A stretch of DNA of 64,000 nt. Origin: the human T2T-CHM13v2.0 reference genome, Homo sapiens. The translations under genes were made by a program, and so were the position numbers. The stretch lies in the NCBI RefSeq assembly GCF_009914755.1, contig NC_060926.1; one strand, 5' to 3'. Positions 38,563-51,690 of this stretch are shown piece by piece (position 1 is the stretch's first letter; every line of letters begins with the position of its first letter). The notes below the pieces were generated by a model. The model saw only the letters and a program-made list of their open reading frames with translations, was not told where the DNA came from and did not search any database.

Positions 38563-40399
38563 GGAGATGGGACAATTGTGCTCTTAACAGATCAAGGTGA
38601 AATTATTACTATAATGAGCACACCAAATGCAACACTGACCTTGAGGTAACTTGTATGTTGAGTACAAGTTGAGATCTGGATATGGGTACTTTATCACAGT
38701 TTTCAACTTAACTTCAATGGATAAAATACTCCAGACACCTAACAAACAACATACATTTTGGAGAAAACCTGTCATAAACTAATGTGGACTTCAAATAATT
38801 AAAGCATACTTTTTCTCATTTACAGCGTGCATTGGAGATTGCTCTTTTACTTTCTTTGTCATTAGTGTCTTCAGTGCTGGCTACTTCTTTAGGCCCCTAT
38901 TTGTTAGAACATGAATTTCTTTCTATAGCTTCAATTAAAATGCAGTATGGCCATTTGTCAACATTGGTTATACAGTAGCTCTAGGCTATCTGCATGCTGG
39001 TGATCTACAATGCATTCCACCTGGAGGCAGATTTCATCTTGGGCCAGCTTTCTTGACTATGATCAATTTTCCATAATGATGTCCAGAATTGTGTGAGCTC
39101 AGGCAATGCTAATTTATGTTAGTATTATTTGAAGCCTGATTTTAGGAAATCATTCTGATTGCCTAAAGAAATGTTATCTATTCTCAAATAAAATATCAAT
39201 GATTTTTCATCTTAAATGATTGCTGTTTGGATGACTTATCCTCCATCTTCCTTTCCTAACTCCCTCAAAGTTTGTTTCCATTATAAGGATTACTCAGAAT
39301 TGTCTATGCTGCTATTCAACCACTCATCACAGTTGCTGGTGCTTTCCCAGTATCTGATTATCAATATTACTTTGATAAACAAAGCCTGTATATTGGTTCC
39401 TTTTCACAACTTGTGTAATTGCATCTCCAATTTCAGAATGAACCATTTGATATTCTCCCTGCACAAGTTTTCACCTTGTATGTTGTTGCTGGGAGGTGTC
39501 AATGGCAGCAGGCTAGCTCCTTGGGGACTTGGTAAGAGCAGTTTGAGAAGTGTAAATGGTATTTGTTTAGGATGAACAAAGGAAAGGGTGCTTTCTGCAG
39601 TGCTGTTTATAAGGAAAATAAAAATTTTCTGTAATAGAGATCTAGTTCAATAAATGACTACAAACAAATGGAACACTAGGAGTCATACAATAATTTTAGA
39701 TAAAGTTTAAAAGGAAAAATAATGATATTTAGTGAAAAATGATGGAGTTAAAATTGTATGGATACACAGATTCTAATTTTGTATATATATATATATATTT
39801 ATATGTGGTATATCAATAAAAAGATCAAAAAATGTTACATAATAATTATTTTGTGTGGTATGATTATGGGTAATTTCAATTTTCTTCCTCAGTCTTTTCT
39901 GTCATTTTCAATTTTCTATAATGCTTATGTCTTTCTTTTAATAATCAGAATTTAAAATATCATTATAAGGAAAAAATGTCAAAACCAAGTCACAATAATA
40001 ACACCCCCTCTCCCATATATATATTTCATTTGCTGAAAATAAAAGGAAGTCTTCCTTAATTACTCAAATTTCTTCATGTACTTATATGAAACCATGGATT
40101 CTTTACAGTACAGTAAACCATTTGTTCTAAGTCTTGAGACACAAATAAAAAGGGGGAAAGAGTTAAAAATTATAAAATATTTACAAGGCAAATGCTGTTG
40201 GACTAATTTAGCCCTAACTATATTTGTCATAAAATATCTGGAAAATTGCGGGAATTTTTGTGATCAACATGAGGTATACTCACGCAATCTTAGCATTCTG
40301 ACTAAAATCTGGAAAAGAACAGGGCCCCAGGCATCACCATTAAGAACCAAATCTGTGTTCATCAACTACTTTTCTCACATTGAAATCATTTGTGATTTT

Positions 40400-41700
40400 A
40401 TTTTCATTTTTTTTCTCACATACATCTCAAAAGTAACTTTTAGGCTTAGCTATAGCTTTCCTGCCCAGGTTTTCTTTTTTCAAGGCCAAGTTTTTCATTT
40501 TGAACATTTTTTTTATCCTCATACTGTTCTTTTTTGGAGTTTTTTTGTTTTTATTTTGCTGGGGTATTCTTTATTAATTTGCTCACAAAAAGTCTAAGTA
40601 AATTATCCTAATCCTTAAGCATCTACAAATATGTTATTTTGTTCTTACACTTGAATACAAGAATTAAGTTTTATTTTCCAAAACTTTGAAGATGTGATTT
40701 TGTAGGTTTCTGTTGACTATATTACTGATAAAAGTTCTGATGCCAATTTGATTCTTATGAGCCAGTAGATAAATTTTTATTTTTTCTCCTGGGAAATTGT
40801 TGACTTTTTCTCTTCTATTTAATTTTCTGAAACTTCACAATGATGTGCCTTGGAGTTGGATTCTTTTGTACTAATCCTATATTCAATCATCAGACTTGGG
40901 TTTTTATTCAATTCTAGGAATTGAACTTATTACTTCTTTATTATTCCTTCTCTTCCATTTTGTCTGTATTTTCTGAAACTCATAATTGATGGGCCTTGAA
41001 AGTTCCGGCTGTAATCTCTTTGTGTTTCAGCTTTTCTCTCATATTTCTCTTTTTACAGGGTCTGCTTCTGCTTATTGAGGGGATGAGTGTTGCATGGGGC
41101 CCCATGTGTTCCTGGGATTCATTTTTCTTCCTAGTGTAAGAGCCCAAGGTCCCTCCAGAAGCTGTATATTACCTGTGGCCATTGCGCTACTTCTTTAGTT
41201 CCTAGTCTTTCTACCATGTCTGAACTTCTGCTTCAGAGAACAGTATTTGTAGCCTTAGAAGATACCAGTCTTTCTCTTCCTTCCATGTGTTTAGACATTG
41301 CTCTCGTCTTTCAGCGCCCGTACATACTGTGTGCCCCACGAGAACAGACTATCCCCAGGCTTTTAGGCAGTAGTTCCAGAGCATCAGTCAGGGGGCAGAT
41401 ACTTCTCTCATCTGCTCTGGAGGTTGATGAAGAGTGAGCCCAATGAACTCAGCTGTGCTGAATGTAATTCTTCACCTTGTTATTGGGACTTCTTCTTCAT
41501 GGATTTGTGGACTCCAGGCCTGGAATTTCTCTCATACTTTATTGGGACTCCATTGTTTTAGATCTTATTTTTTCCCTCTGCTTTTTTTCTGTCAATCTTA
41601 TCTCAATTGCTTTCTTTGAGGAATTTCTAAAGTTTTAGAGCTATGAATGACATTCGATCTTGTTTCACTATGATGTTACAGGATCTTTTTTTTTCATAGA
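40400..41700 (-). mobile_element. Very old L1ME/HAL1-type remnant
   Basis: aaaagttctgatgccaatttgattctt and ttctgaaacttcacaatgatgtgccttgg are typical antisense ORF1-region motifs of old L1. Confidence 0.55.
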
Positions 41701-41728
41701 TTTTGATTCTCATTTTAAAGAAATTTTA

Positions 41729-42079
<351 letters not shown>

Positions 42080-42749
42080 TCAAGTTGGAAGGGGTATAAA
42101 CATTTAAACATTTGGGCTCAGTTCAGTATTCAGACTCTAAAAATTCCAAGACAACTAACAGCATGTTCAGTGAGGTTTTCTTGCTTTACTGCCTATTCTA
42201 AAGACAGATACATAGTTGAAGATTTGCTCACAACACAATCATGGACAATTTCCAATCTCGCTCCCTGGAACTTCCTTCTCAGATCAAATACAAAGTTCAG
42301 CAGCTCTCCTGGGGTAAGCAGAGAAATATCCAAATTAAGTTAAATTTTATGTTATGGTCTGGAATCTGGCAATTCTTTTCCATAATATTTTACGCTTCAT
42401 AGCTTACTTTACTCGCATATTTCCTCAATGGTAAAGTATTGCCAACTCTATTCTGTGGGTGAGTAATCTGAGACACAAAGTGACTAGACATCTTGCATTC
42501 ATAAGAAGTAGGAGAGGACTATAATTAGAAGCCACTTATCCTAATCTACTAGGTCAGTCGCTCTTACTGCTTTTGTAGAGCAACACACGTGATAGATTAA
42601 GCTCACATATTCATCACATTCCTAAGGTTTTCTGAAGATTAAACACAACCTCCACTCTGACTTTATCATTTAAAGATCCTATTGGAGTGCATGCCAGGGT
42701 ATGTTAATTTTTGGATGAATAGGAATTGCTGTATTTAAAAAAATCATAG

Positions 42750-43088
42750 TAAGCATTCATTGAGCACTCATTGTCAGGCAGGACTCTGGTGCCTTACCCA
42801 TGTTACCAAGGCCATCTTCACAACTATCTAATCAGGTAGGAGGGTATTATTTTCATTTTTATTTTACAGATGAAGAAACTAAGGCCTGTGGGATAAATTT
42901 ACCCAGCTGTCTGTTTTTGCTTTTGTTTTTTATTGCCATGAGCAAATAATATATTTTACATTTTAAAATTAATTACATTTTAAATGGTTACAGAGGTACC
43001 AACATAATATAATTGATTTTAATTTGGCCCCACAAAGGCTGAAACTTTTACTGTCTGGCCATTTAGAAACAAGTATTCCTACTCCAGT
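42750..43088. mobile_element. MIR remnant (minus) followed by a MER58B-like end
   Basis: attttacagatgaagaaactaaggc (MIR core), then tggccccacaaaggctgaaacttttactgtctggccatttagaaac (MER58-type end). Confidence 0.6.
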
Positions 43089-43304
43089 GAGTCTAACCAT
43101 CAGGCTATTATTCACACACGCTTGTATTTTTATTACTGGTTACAATTAGCTGTGGCATAGCTGCTGCTTGTGGATTGAGATGTGTAGTTGAGAAGTGCTG
43201 TACTAAAACATATCATCAACTCTAGAGACTTAAAACAGGCTATCTATGGGTTTTATTGTTTCTCCTGTTCCTTTCCTCCTTTGCCATAAATAATCTCTGA
43301 ATAG

Positions 43305-43306
<2 letters not shown>

Positions 43307-43344
<38 letters not shown>
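43307..43344. repeat. (TG)n microsatellite, ~19 units
   Basis: Direct reading. Confidence 0.97.
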
Positions 43345-43348
<4 letters not shown>

Positions 43349-45192
43349 AACTACTAAAATGAATTGATAAAATTTCTCACTCTGTCTTTAACTCATTTTA
43401 AATGTACCCAGTTTTTCCTAAGGGGACAGCAAAAGGATTGAACAGAGATGAGACAGAGGAAATCCGAAAAAAAAAAAAATCAGGAACTCCAATTCAGGAA
43501 CACAGCCGTTGTTTCCAGAATCTATGTCAGCGGTTACTATGGTGTTAGTGAGGCCCTGGAGACGGAGTAGGACATGTACCTAGCCTAAAATCTGAAACTG
43601 GCCTGCTATGTGGGCATTTCTTGGCAGATAGGGAGAAGCATGCCAAATACCACATTACTAATCACAGAGGTGCTTGGTAAGCATTGAATTATGGCAACGG
43701 AGTGGGTTTATTACGAATATTGTAATCTGTGACATGTGCCACAGATACCATTTCCACAGAACTCTAATAGTTATTGGGCATGGCAGAGGCAGGGTACCTA
43801 CACGATTAAATAAGTCTGAAAAATTTTTGGCTACAAAGAGTTAACTTTCCTAAGTCAGAAAGATTCCTGAAACCCATAAAATGTTGATTGCCATTATCAG
43901 TCCATAAGTGGAATACCTAGCATATGGTGTTTTCCAAAGTTACTAGATAATGAACTTTTTTTTTTTTTGCTTGATTTTTGGTTTTAATCAAATAACTTGT
44001 GCTCTAGGAAACACAGGGCAAAACCAACATAGTGAAGTACCTTGTTCCCACTAGAAGCTTTTTCTACCCAGTGAATCAGTAGCAAATGATTATAGTCAGA
44101 ACACCATTCTTCCTGGATAATGCAGAACCATATTTATAAATCCCCATTCATCCATTTCGCTTCCCTATTTTAGATTCCATGCAAACCAACAGCCTTCTGT
44201 GTGCATTTGACATTATTATTCTTTTTCATTCCAACATACTTTTTATAACTATAAAATTTTCAAGTTGACAAAGCATTCCCCATTGCTTTCCTCCTTGGTT
44301 TCACTGTATCGTGTGCACTTCAGGAGTTACTTTAATCAGCCATTTCTCTGTAAATCACAATGTAAGATATTGACAATTAATTCCAACAAAGCGGGTGATG
44401 TTCTGCTAACTTAGATCCCAGAGGCATTCTGTAAACCACTGTTTAGGTTGGGAGATTTATAACACCTTTCAGGGAGGTACAAAACCTTTTGGCAGCTGAC
44501 CACCTTTCTCAGATACCAAATAAAGTATCACCCAACATAAATAGACAGCTCTTACCTTTGAAGTTCTATTTTGCATTTTACTCAGGGATTAACTGAAAGT
44601 GATTTTGGTGGTTTTCTTTTCTTTCTTTCTTTTTTTTTGAAATCTTCAGATAAAAGAAAGTTACTGAATTCGCTACATAAAGATCAGTCTCACCTGCCCT
44701 GACAACCTCTGACAATCCTGTCCTCACCTCTATGTTGCAGAAATCAGCATTCCCTGTTTACAGCAGAACTACATAAAACGATAGCAATTTCCTTGTGCAC
44801 ATCAATTTTCTTTGTGGATGGGCAGCCTGTTGCAATAATGAGGTCTGTCAGCTCTTTGCAAAAGAACTGGAAAGTGGCCTTACTCGTGTGGAAATCGAAT
44901 AGCAACTTGTCACTCTCCCTTGGCAGCATAGCCCCAGACTGTCAATGTGGTGTCCTGTGTCACATTGTGGCAGTGGGCTAGGTCCCTGCCTGAAGAGATG
45001 CTGCTGATTAGGCCATTTTGCTCTTTCCTGCAGAATTCATGATCTACCCAGCACTGTCCTCATGATTGACTTTTAGCAAATGAGGTTGCCAAGTCCTGGG
45101 TATTTTAGTCTGTTAGTAACTAGTACAAATTCTGGCATCATAATTCATGCAATAAAAACCAGTTAATGAAAATAATCCAGGGATTGGTAATA

Positions 45193-45487
45193 TAGTTAAC
45201 TCTCCATATCCAAGTTTCACATCCAAGTATTTAACCAATTGCAAATCAAATATATTTGGAAAAAACAATAATAAAAATAATACAAATTTAAAAATACACT
45301 ATCATAACTATTTACAGAGCATTTACATTGCCTTAGGTATTATAAGTAATCAAAAGATGATTTTAAAGTATACAGAAGGATATGTGTAGGTTATATGCAA
45401 AATTCTTGGCCATTTTATAGAAAGAACTTGAAAATCTGCAGATTTTGGTCCTGGAACCAACCTGCCTGGATACTGAGAGATGACTGT
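45193..45487 (-). mobile_element. MER2 (TcMar-Tigger non-autonomous)
   Basis: gcatttacattgccttaggtattataagtaatc..gatatgtgtaggttatatgcaaa..ggtcctggaaccaa..ggatactgagagatgactg. Confidence 0.85.
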
Positions 45488-45974
45488 TACCCATTATGTT
45501 TTTTCCTTCTGCCATGACAAATGTGTTACCCTGTTGGACTGAAGTATTCTCCTGTCTCTCTCTATCATTCTACTTCTAGATTATACCTAATAAGAAGTAA
45601 GATTTTTTTCCAAAGAAATTCAAAATATTGTTCCAGCAAGTCATTCTCTCAGACATTACATGCCAGCTAATTGATTTTTAATCTTTTTCTTTTCAGCTTC
45701 ATTACGTTTTACACCTCAGTATATTTTTGTACTCTCTCACTTTTTGTAGAAACAAGACATCAGATTTCTAGCTTTAGCAGGACTGTTCAGTATACCAATT
45801 CCTGTTAACACAGCTGTTAAATATTGAGATCATGCTGCATGTTAAATGAAATTGATTTTCAAAGTAAATTAAATCCCTGAATGAAAGTGGGTCTATCTTT
45901 CCACAGGAAGGAAGAAATGTTAAGAGGGTTGCATGTATAAGCAGACCTTGGGAAAATGAGCTGAATTGTCAACC

Positions 45975-46195
45975 TCTATGGCGAATAGTTTAGAGGTTCA
46001 TCAGAAAACTAAAAATATAACTACCATATGATCCAGCAACCCCACTGCTGGGTATATACCCGAAATATGGGAATTCAGTATATTGAAGATAAATCTGCAC
46101 TCCCATGTGTTTTTTTGTTTGTTTGTTTTTGTAGCACTGTTGATAATAGCCAACATTTGGGAGCAACCTAAGCGTTCATCAACAGATGAATGAAT
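45975..46195 (+). mobile_element. L1MA-type ORF2 3' fragment
   Basis: ctaccatatgatccagcaaccccactgctgggtatatacc...catcaacagatgaatg. Confidence 0.75.
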
Positions 46196-47329
46196 ATGGA
46201 ACAGTTGTATTATGGTGCAACAATCTACCTGTCTCAAGAGCCTTAAAAGTAAACTACATCCAGTACAAGTCCAAACATAAAACACAAAGATATAGATGTT
46301 TAAAATACAATGACATTTGTCTGACAGCCAGTAGGACCATCTAAATTGGTCTAGAGTCAATTGTACCTAGTATCCTCGTTCATTTCTTCATACCAGGAGA
46401 GGAAAAATAAGGTTGAAGTAAGTAATGCCTATAAAGCAATTATCACATTTTAATTAGCTGACTCTGGTTATAGCTAATGGATGGAGAGGATTTACATACA
46501 AGTTTTAAAATACTGAATGTTATATGCTCTTGTTAACCCACATTATTTATTGCATTTGTAAAAAAAAAGTAGGTTTTATCCTTATAGTCCTTAGTTCTCT
46601 CCTCTGTCCCCAATTCTCTCTTCTACTCTAGGATTCTACTCAGGTAGATTTTAATTTTAAGTTACATTTTATTATTAAATAAAAGTATGTTTTTTAATCT
46701 ACGTTTATTTTTATCTGCATTTGTTAGGTAAAAAAAAAAAAAAAAAAATTACTCAGGGATTGACCCAAACGGATTATGGTGGTTTTTTTTTTCTGTTTTA
46801 ATGTGGCAGTAATTCTAATAATTATGTATCACATAGATTATAGATTATATAGAGTGTATCAAAAACATATGTATATTCTCATAAGCACAGAAAAAAGTCT
46901 CCATTAGTTTTTCTGTTCTTTTCTAATTTTCCATTATATTGTGAAATAAAGACAAATCATTACTTAGCAAATATTTGTCATGTTCTCACGGGGAAGTGTT
47001 AAGAAATTTAGAGGAGTTATAAAAGTGGAATAGAAGACAATGAGGGCTGTCATGTGACTTATTACCAGATTTTTGAGAGATAAGACTTGCTCAGGTAAAA
47101 TTAATTGCACAAGCCTTCAATCCTTTCATGGGAAAAACTATATGAAAAGATTATTCTATGTATTTCTAAATGCAAATAAATATAATAAAAGTTGAAGCAA
47201 GTTGAGGACTTGGGGTGGAATAATCAGAGCCAGGTAAAGTGAACTCAGGGGTCACTGAGGAGATAGACTTTCTGGTAGAAAGAAAAACAGAAAGGTGGGC
47301 GTAGTAACTTTTTCAGTAAGGAGAATGGT

Positions 47330-47563
47330 CTAAAGATCGGCAAATTATGGTTTGTGGGACAAATCTGGCAAGTGGTCAATTTTTTATGACTTCCAGCTAT
47401 AAATAGTTTTTACTTTTTGAAGCATTGTAAAAATCAAAGAAGAGTATAATGTAAAGATAATATGGCTCACATATTCCGAGCCATACTAAACAATTCACTG
47501 TGTATCTGAAATGTGTCTTTAACTGGGCATCCTGTATTTTTAGAAGTTAATTCTGGCAACCGT
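47330..47563. mobile_element. MER58B-like fragment abutting a MER53/MER33-like fragment
   Basis: cggcaaattatggtttgtgggacaaatctggc start; tttaactgggcatcctgtattttt..tctggcaaccgta end. Confidence 0.55.
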
Positions 47564-48165
47564 ATGTAAGGTCCAGTGACACTGCCTGATGATGTTCTTA
47601 CTTGTTCCGTGAATAGGTTGTACCTTCCTGCAGGCTCTATGCAAATGCTTGGAATCAAGCTAAGGTTGACATTTGCTATTAATAGATATACACTTTTGGC
47701 CACATCTCTTAAACTCTCTGAGCCTTCTGCTTTTATTAGTGTGAAACAATGAAATGCACTCCACGAAAGTAATGTCTGTCTTATCTTGAAGAGCAGAATA
47801 TTAGAACTACATGGGAGCTTGGTTATCTTTTACTGAATGCTTTATTTACAGATTGTAAAGCAGGTCTAGACTTTACCAAAAACCCAGATTTCTACTGTGA
47901 TGACATGACATTTTGTGAACCCTGGGTATCATATGGCGCTGTTCAATGCTTTTCCCCTTCTATACTGCACTGTCTTCTCTGTCTTCAAAGAACATAGGAA
48001 ATAATGTACATTAAATGTTTTGTAACCTTAAATGTGCAAAATGTAAACTTACAGAATGATTATGTCTAGGCTGATATCAGAACATGGGAATCATCTCTCT
48101 AATTATGCCAATTCACAATCACACTCAAGAAAAATGTTTGGGTACCAGCACCTTAAGGTGCTTTA

Positions 48166-48518
48166 AGGGTGGAAAACCACTTAAAGGCATTCTTAAGCCA
48201 CAAACAATAGCATGAGCAATCTGTGCCTTAAGGACATGCTCCTGCTGCAGTTAACCAGCCCAACCTATTCCTTTAATTCGGCCCATCCATTTGTTTCCCA
48301 TAAGGGATACTTTTAGTTAATTTAATATCTATAGAAACAATGCTAATGACTGGTTTGCTGTTAATAAATATGTGGGTAAATCTCTGTTCAGGGCTCTCAG
48401 CTCTAAAGGCTGTGAGACCCCTGATTTCCCACTTCACACCTCTATATTTCTGTGTGTGTGTCTTTAATTCCTCTAGTGCCACTGGGTTAGGGTCTCCCTG
48501 ACCGAGCTGGTCTCGGCA
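48166..48518 (+). repeat. 5' LTR (MER9), missing its first ~160 bp
   Basis: Aligns to the 3' LTR from 52875 onward; ends gagctggtctcggca. Confidence 0.93.
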
Positions 48519-48520
48519 AG

Positions 48521-48538
48521 TTGTGTCCATCGTGGGGG
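48521..48538 (+). promoter_or_regulatory. Degenerate primer-binding site (tRNA-Lys type)
   Basis: ttgtgtccatcgtggggg(ctcgaa) two bases after the LTR end, versus the Lys1,2 PBS tggcgcccaacgtggggc. Confidence 0.7.
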
Positions 48539-48666
48539 CTCGAATCCAGATTGAAGTGTTTCTGGAGCGATGGTTGGAATGGAAAACTAGCTGGAGGACA
48601 CCCGAGTACTCTTAAAGCAATCCTCGTGGTGAGTAAGAAGGGGAGCTAGGAAGTGTCAGGGTAACA

Positions 48667-49985
48667 ATGGGACAGGTGTGGGGTCTGGTTCATTTCACCT
48701 TGGAAGTTTTTCACACTGGTGATGAGGAGGAACAAGAGTATAGTGAAGTAACAGAAGACGTTACAGAGCATGTTTATTTACCAGCTAAAGCTAAAGTGGC
48801 AAAGGAAGAAGAGGTTCATCTCTACTCTTATGCACTCCCTCCTTATTATTTTGAAGAAAATGACCCCCCAGATCTTTCTTTTCCGGAGGACACTGGGTGA
48901 AAAGTAGTTGCCCCAGTGACTGTTCGAGCAGTGCCTCGAGCGACCGCTCTTAGTTCTATTCAGGCAGGAATTCAGCAAGCTAGACAAGAGGGTGATTTAG
49001 AGGCTTGGCAGTTCCCTGTTAGAATACACCCCCCAGATCAACAGGAAAATATTACAGCTACATTTGAGCCTTTTCCTTTTAAATTACTCAAAGAATTAAA
49101 ACAAGCTATAAATCAGTATGGACCAGGTTCTCCTTTTGTAATGGGACTGTTAAAGAATGTTACTGTTTCTAGTCAGATGATTCCTACTGACGGGGACCCT
49201 CTTACTCGAGCTTGTCTAACTCCTGCTCAGTTCTTACAGTTTAAAACTTGGTGGGCAGATGAAGCTTCCATTCAGGCTGCTCGCAATGCCTGGGCCCAAC
49301 CTCAAATTAATATAACTGCAGACCAACTTTTGGGGGTTGGCGGCTGGGCTGGTTTAGATGCGCAATTCGTCATGCAGGATGATGCCATAGAACAGCTTAG
49401 AGGAGTGTGCATTAGAGCTCGGGAAAAAAATCACTTAATGTGGGGAACAATACCCTTCCTTTAGTGCTATAAAACAGGGACCAAGAGAACCATATGTTGA
49501 TTTTACAGCTCGGTTACAGGAGTCTCTTAAAAAGATGATTGCAGATTCGGCTGCTCAGGATATAGTGTTGCAGTTATTAGCTTTCGACAATGCTAATTCC
49601 GATTGCCAGGCTGCTCTGTGACCTATCAGAGGGGAAGCATATTTAGTTGATTATATCAAGGTCTGTGATGGTATTGGAGGTAATCTGCATAAAGCTACTT
49701 TGTTGGCACAGGCAATGGCAGGACTGAGAGTGGATTAAGGAAATACTCCATTTCCTGGAGCTTCTTTTAACTGTGGGACGCATGGTCATACTAAAAAAGA
49801 ATGTAGAAAAAATCAGCAAGTCAGGCCACCAGATAGGGGAAAGAAGAAAACTGTTGAGCCAGAAATATGTCCAAAATATAAAAAAGGAAAACACTGGGCT
49901 AGTCAGTGTCACTCTAAGTTTGATAAAGAAGGGAAACCGATTTAGGGAAATGCCCTGAGGGGCTGGTCCTAGGCCCCGTTCTAAA
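48667..49985 (+). pseudogene. gag: HML-3 gag remnant (stops and frameshifts; shortened MA region)
   Basis: MGQVW start; CA-like FPFKLLKELKQAINQYGPGSPF; MHR-like KQGPREPYVDF at ~49471; two damaged zinc knuckles (SFNCGTHGHTKKEC, CPKYKKGKHWASQC). Confidence 0.88.
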
Positions 49986-50870
49986 CCAGGGCATTTCCAG
50001 CTCAGGTCATTCCCTCACCCCTGTACAATGTCTGTCCCCTGCCACAGCCAGTAGTGCCACAGTAGATTTATGCTGCAGAAAAGCTGTGAGCCTTCTGCCT
50101 GGGGAACCCCCACAAAAGGTTCCAAAAGGAGTCTGTGGACCCTTGCCAGCAGGGACAATAGGATTACTTTAGGAAGGTCTAGTGTAAGTTTAAAAAGGGT
50201 ACAAATACATACAGGAGTCATTGATTTAGATTACAATGGGGAAATTCAAATTGTTATATCTACTTCTGTTCCCTGGAAAGCAGAGCCAGGAGAGTGCATA
50301 GCACAGCTCCTGATTGTGCCGTATGTGGAAATGGGGAAAGGTGAAATTAAATGAACAAGAGGATTTGGAAGCACACATAAACAAGGCAAAGCCGCTTATT
50401 GGGTAAATCAAATTACTGATAAAGGTCCTACGTGTGAAACAACTATTCAAGGAAAGAAATTTAAAGGTTTGCTAGATACAGGAGCAGATATTTCAATCAT
50501 TTCTCTTACAACACTGGCCGTCCACGTGACCAATTCAACCTGCTCAATTTAATATAGTTGGAGTTGGCAAAGCCGCTGAAGTATATCAAAGTAGTTATAT
50601 TTTGCATTGTGAAGGGCCCGATGGACAACCTGGGACTGTTCAACCAATTATAACTTCTGTACCTATAAATTTATGGGGAAGAGATTTGTTACAACAATGG
50701 GGAGCACAAATTCTAATTCCAGAACAATTATATAGCCCTCAAAGTGAACATACAATGCATGAAATGGAGTATGTCCCTGGTATGGGACTAGAAAAAAATT
50801 TGCAAGGTTTGAAAAACCACTTCAAGTGGCAAAACAAAGTTCCTGCCAAAGATTAGGAAATAATTTTTGA
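49945..50870 (+). pseudogene. pro: HML-3 dUTPase-protease remnant with G-patch-like tail
   Basis: dUTPase GVIDLDYNGEIQ and RGFGST; protease GLLDTGADISII (~50467) and NLWGRDLL; MEYVPGMGLEKNLQG; disrupted frames. Confidence 0.88.
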
Positions 50871-51690
50871 TGGCTGCCATTGTGAAGCCTGCAGAACCTG
50901 TACCTTTAAAATGGTTAACAGATAAGCCAATTTGGATAGAACAATGGCCGCTAAGTAAAGAAAAACTGGAAGCTTTAGAGAAATTAGTAGCTGAACAATT
51001 AAAAAATGGGCACATAGCTCCAATATTTTCCCCTTGGAATTCTCCAGTTTTCGTAATTAACAAAAAATCAGGTAAATGGAGAATGTTAACTGACTTAAGA
51101 GCCATGAATTCAGTTATAGAATCTATGGGAGCATTACAGCCAGGATTGCCTTCTGCTATAATTCCAAAAAATTGGCCTTTAATAGTCATAGATTTAAAAG
51201 ACGGTTTATTTACTATCCCTTTAGCTGAGCAAGACTGTGAATGGTTTGCATTTACAATTCCTGTGGTAAATAACCTGCAGCCTGCTAAGCGTTTTCATTG
51301 TTTTACAGATGGGTCTAATAATGGTAAAGCTTCTTATTCTGGATCAAAAAATAAAGTTTTCCAGATGTCCTATACTTCAGCTCAAAAAGCAGAGCTTGTA
51401 GCTGTAATTGAGGTATTGACTGCTTTTGATATGCCCATTAATGTGATTTCTGATTCTTCATAAGTGGTTCATTCCACACAGTTAATTGAAAATGCTCAGT
51501 TACGATTTCATACAGATGAACAACTGATGACTTTATTTACCCAATTACAAACAGCAGTTAGGAGTAGAATGCACCCTTTTTACATCACTCACATTAGGGC
51601 TCATACACCTCTTCCAGGACCTTTGACTGAAGGGAATCAAATGGCTGATCGCCTAGTTGCTAATGCAATATCTAGTGCTAGACACTTTCA
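50867..51690 (+). pseudogene. pol: HML-3 pol remnant: RT N-terminus fused in frame to RNase H; integrase essentially deleted
   Basis: [48 protein letters not shown], then directly FTDGS..SAQKAEL..HIRAHTPLPGPLTEGNQMAD; no YMDD motif. Confidence 0.9.

Noticed and set aside
40076-40597. 173-aa ORF
   Set aside because: Low-complexity F/L/I-rich frame running into T-rich antisense old L1; no recognisable domain.
43836-43848. 13-mer aagagttaacttt also at 55696-55708, a possible lost TSD of the L1PA4/5 element
   Set aside because: No poly-T or L1 3' end follows 43848, and it lies in an old Charlie-like remnant; most likely coincidence.
46730-46748. Isolated A19 run, possible solitary poly(A) insertion
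   Set aside because: No flanking TSD or upstream retroposon body found.
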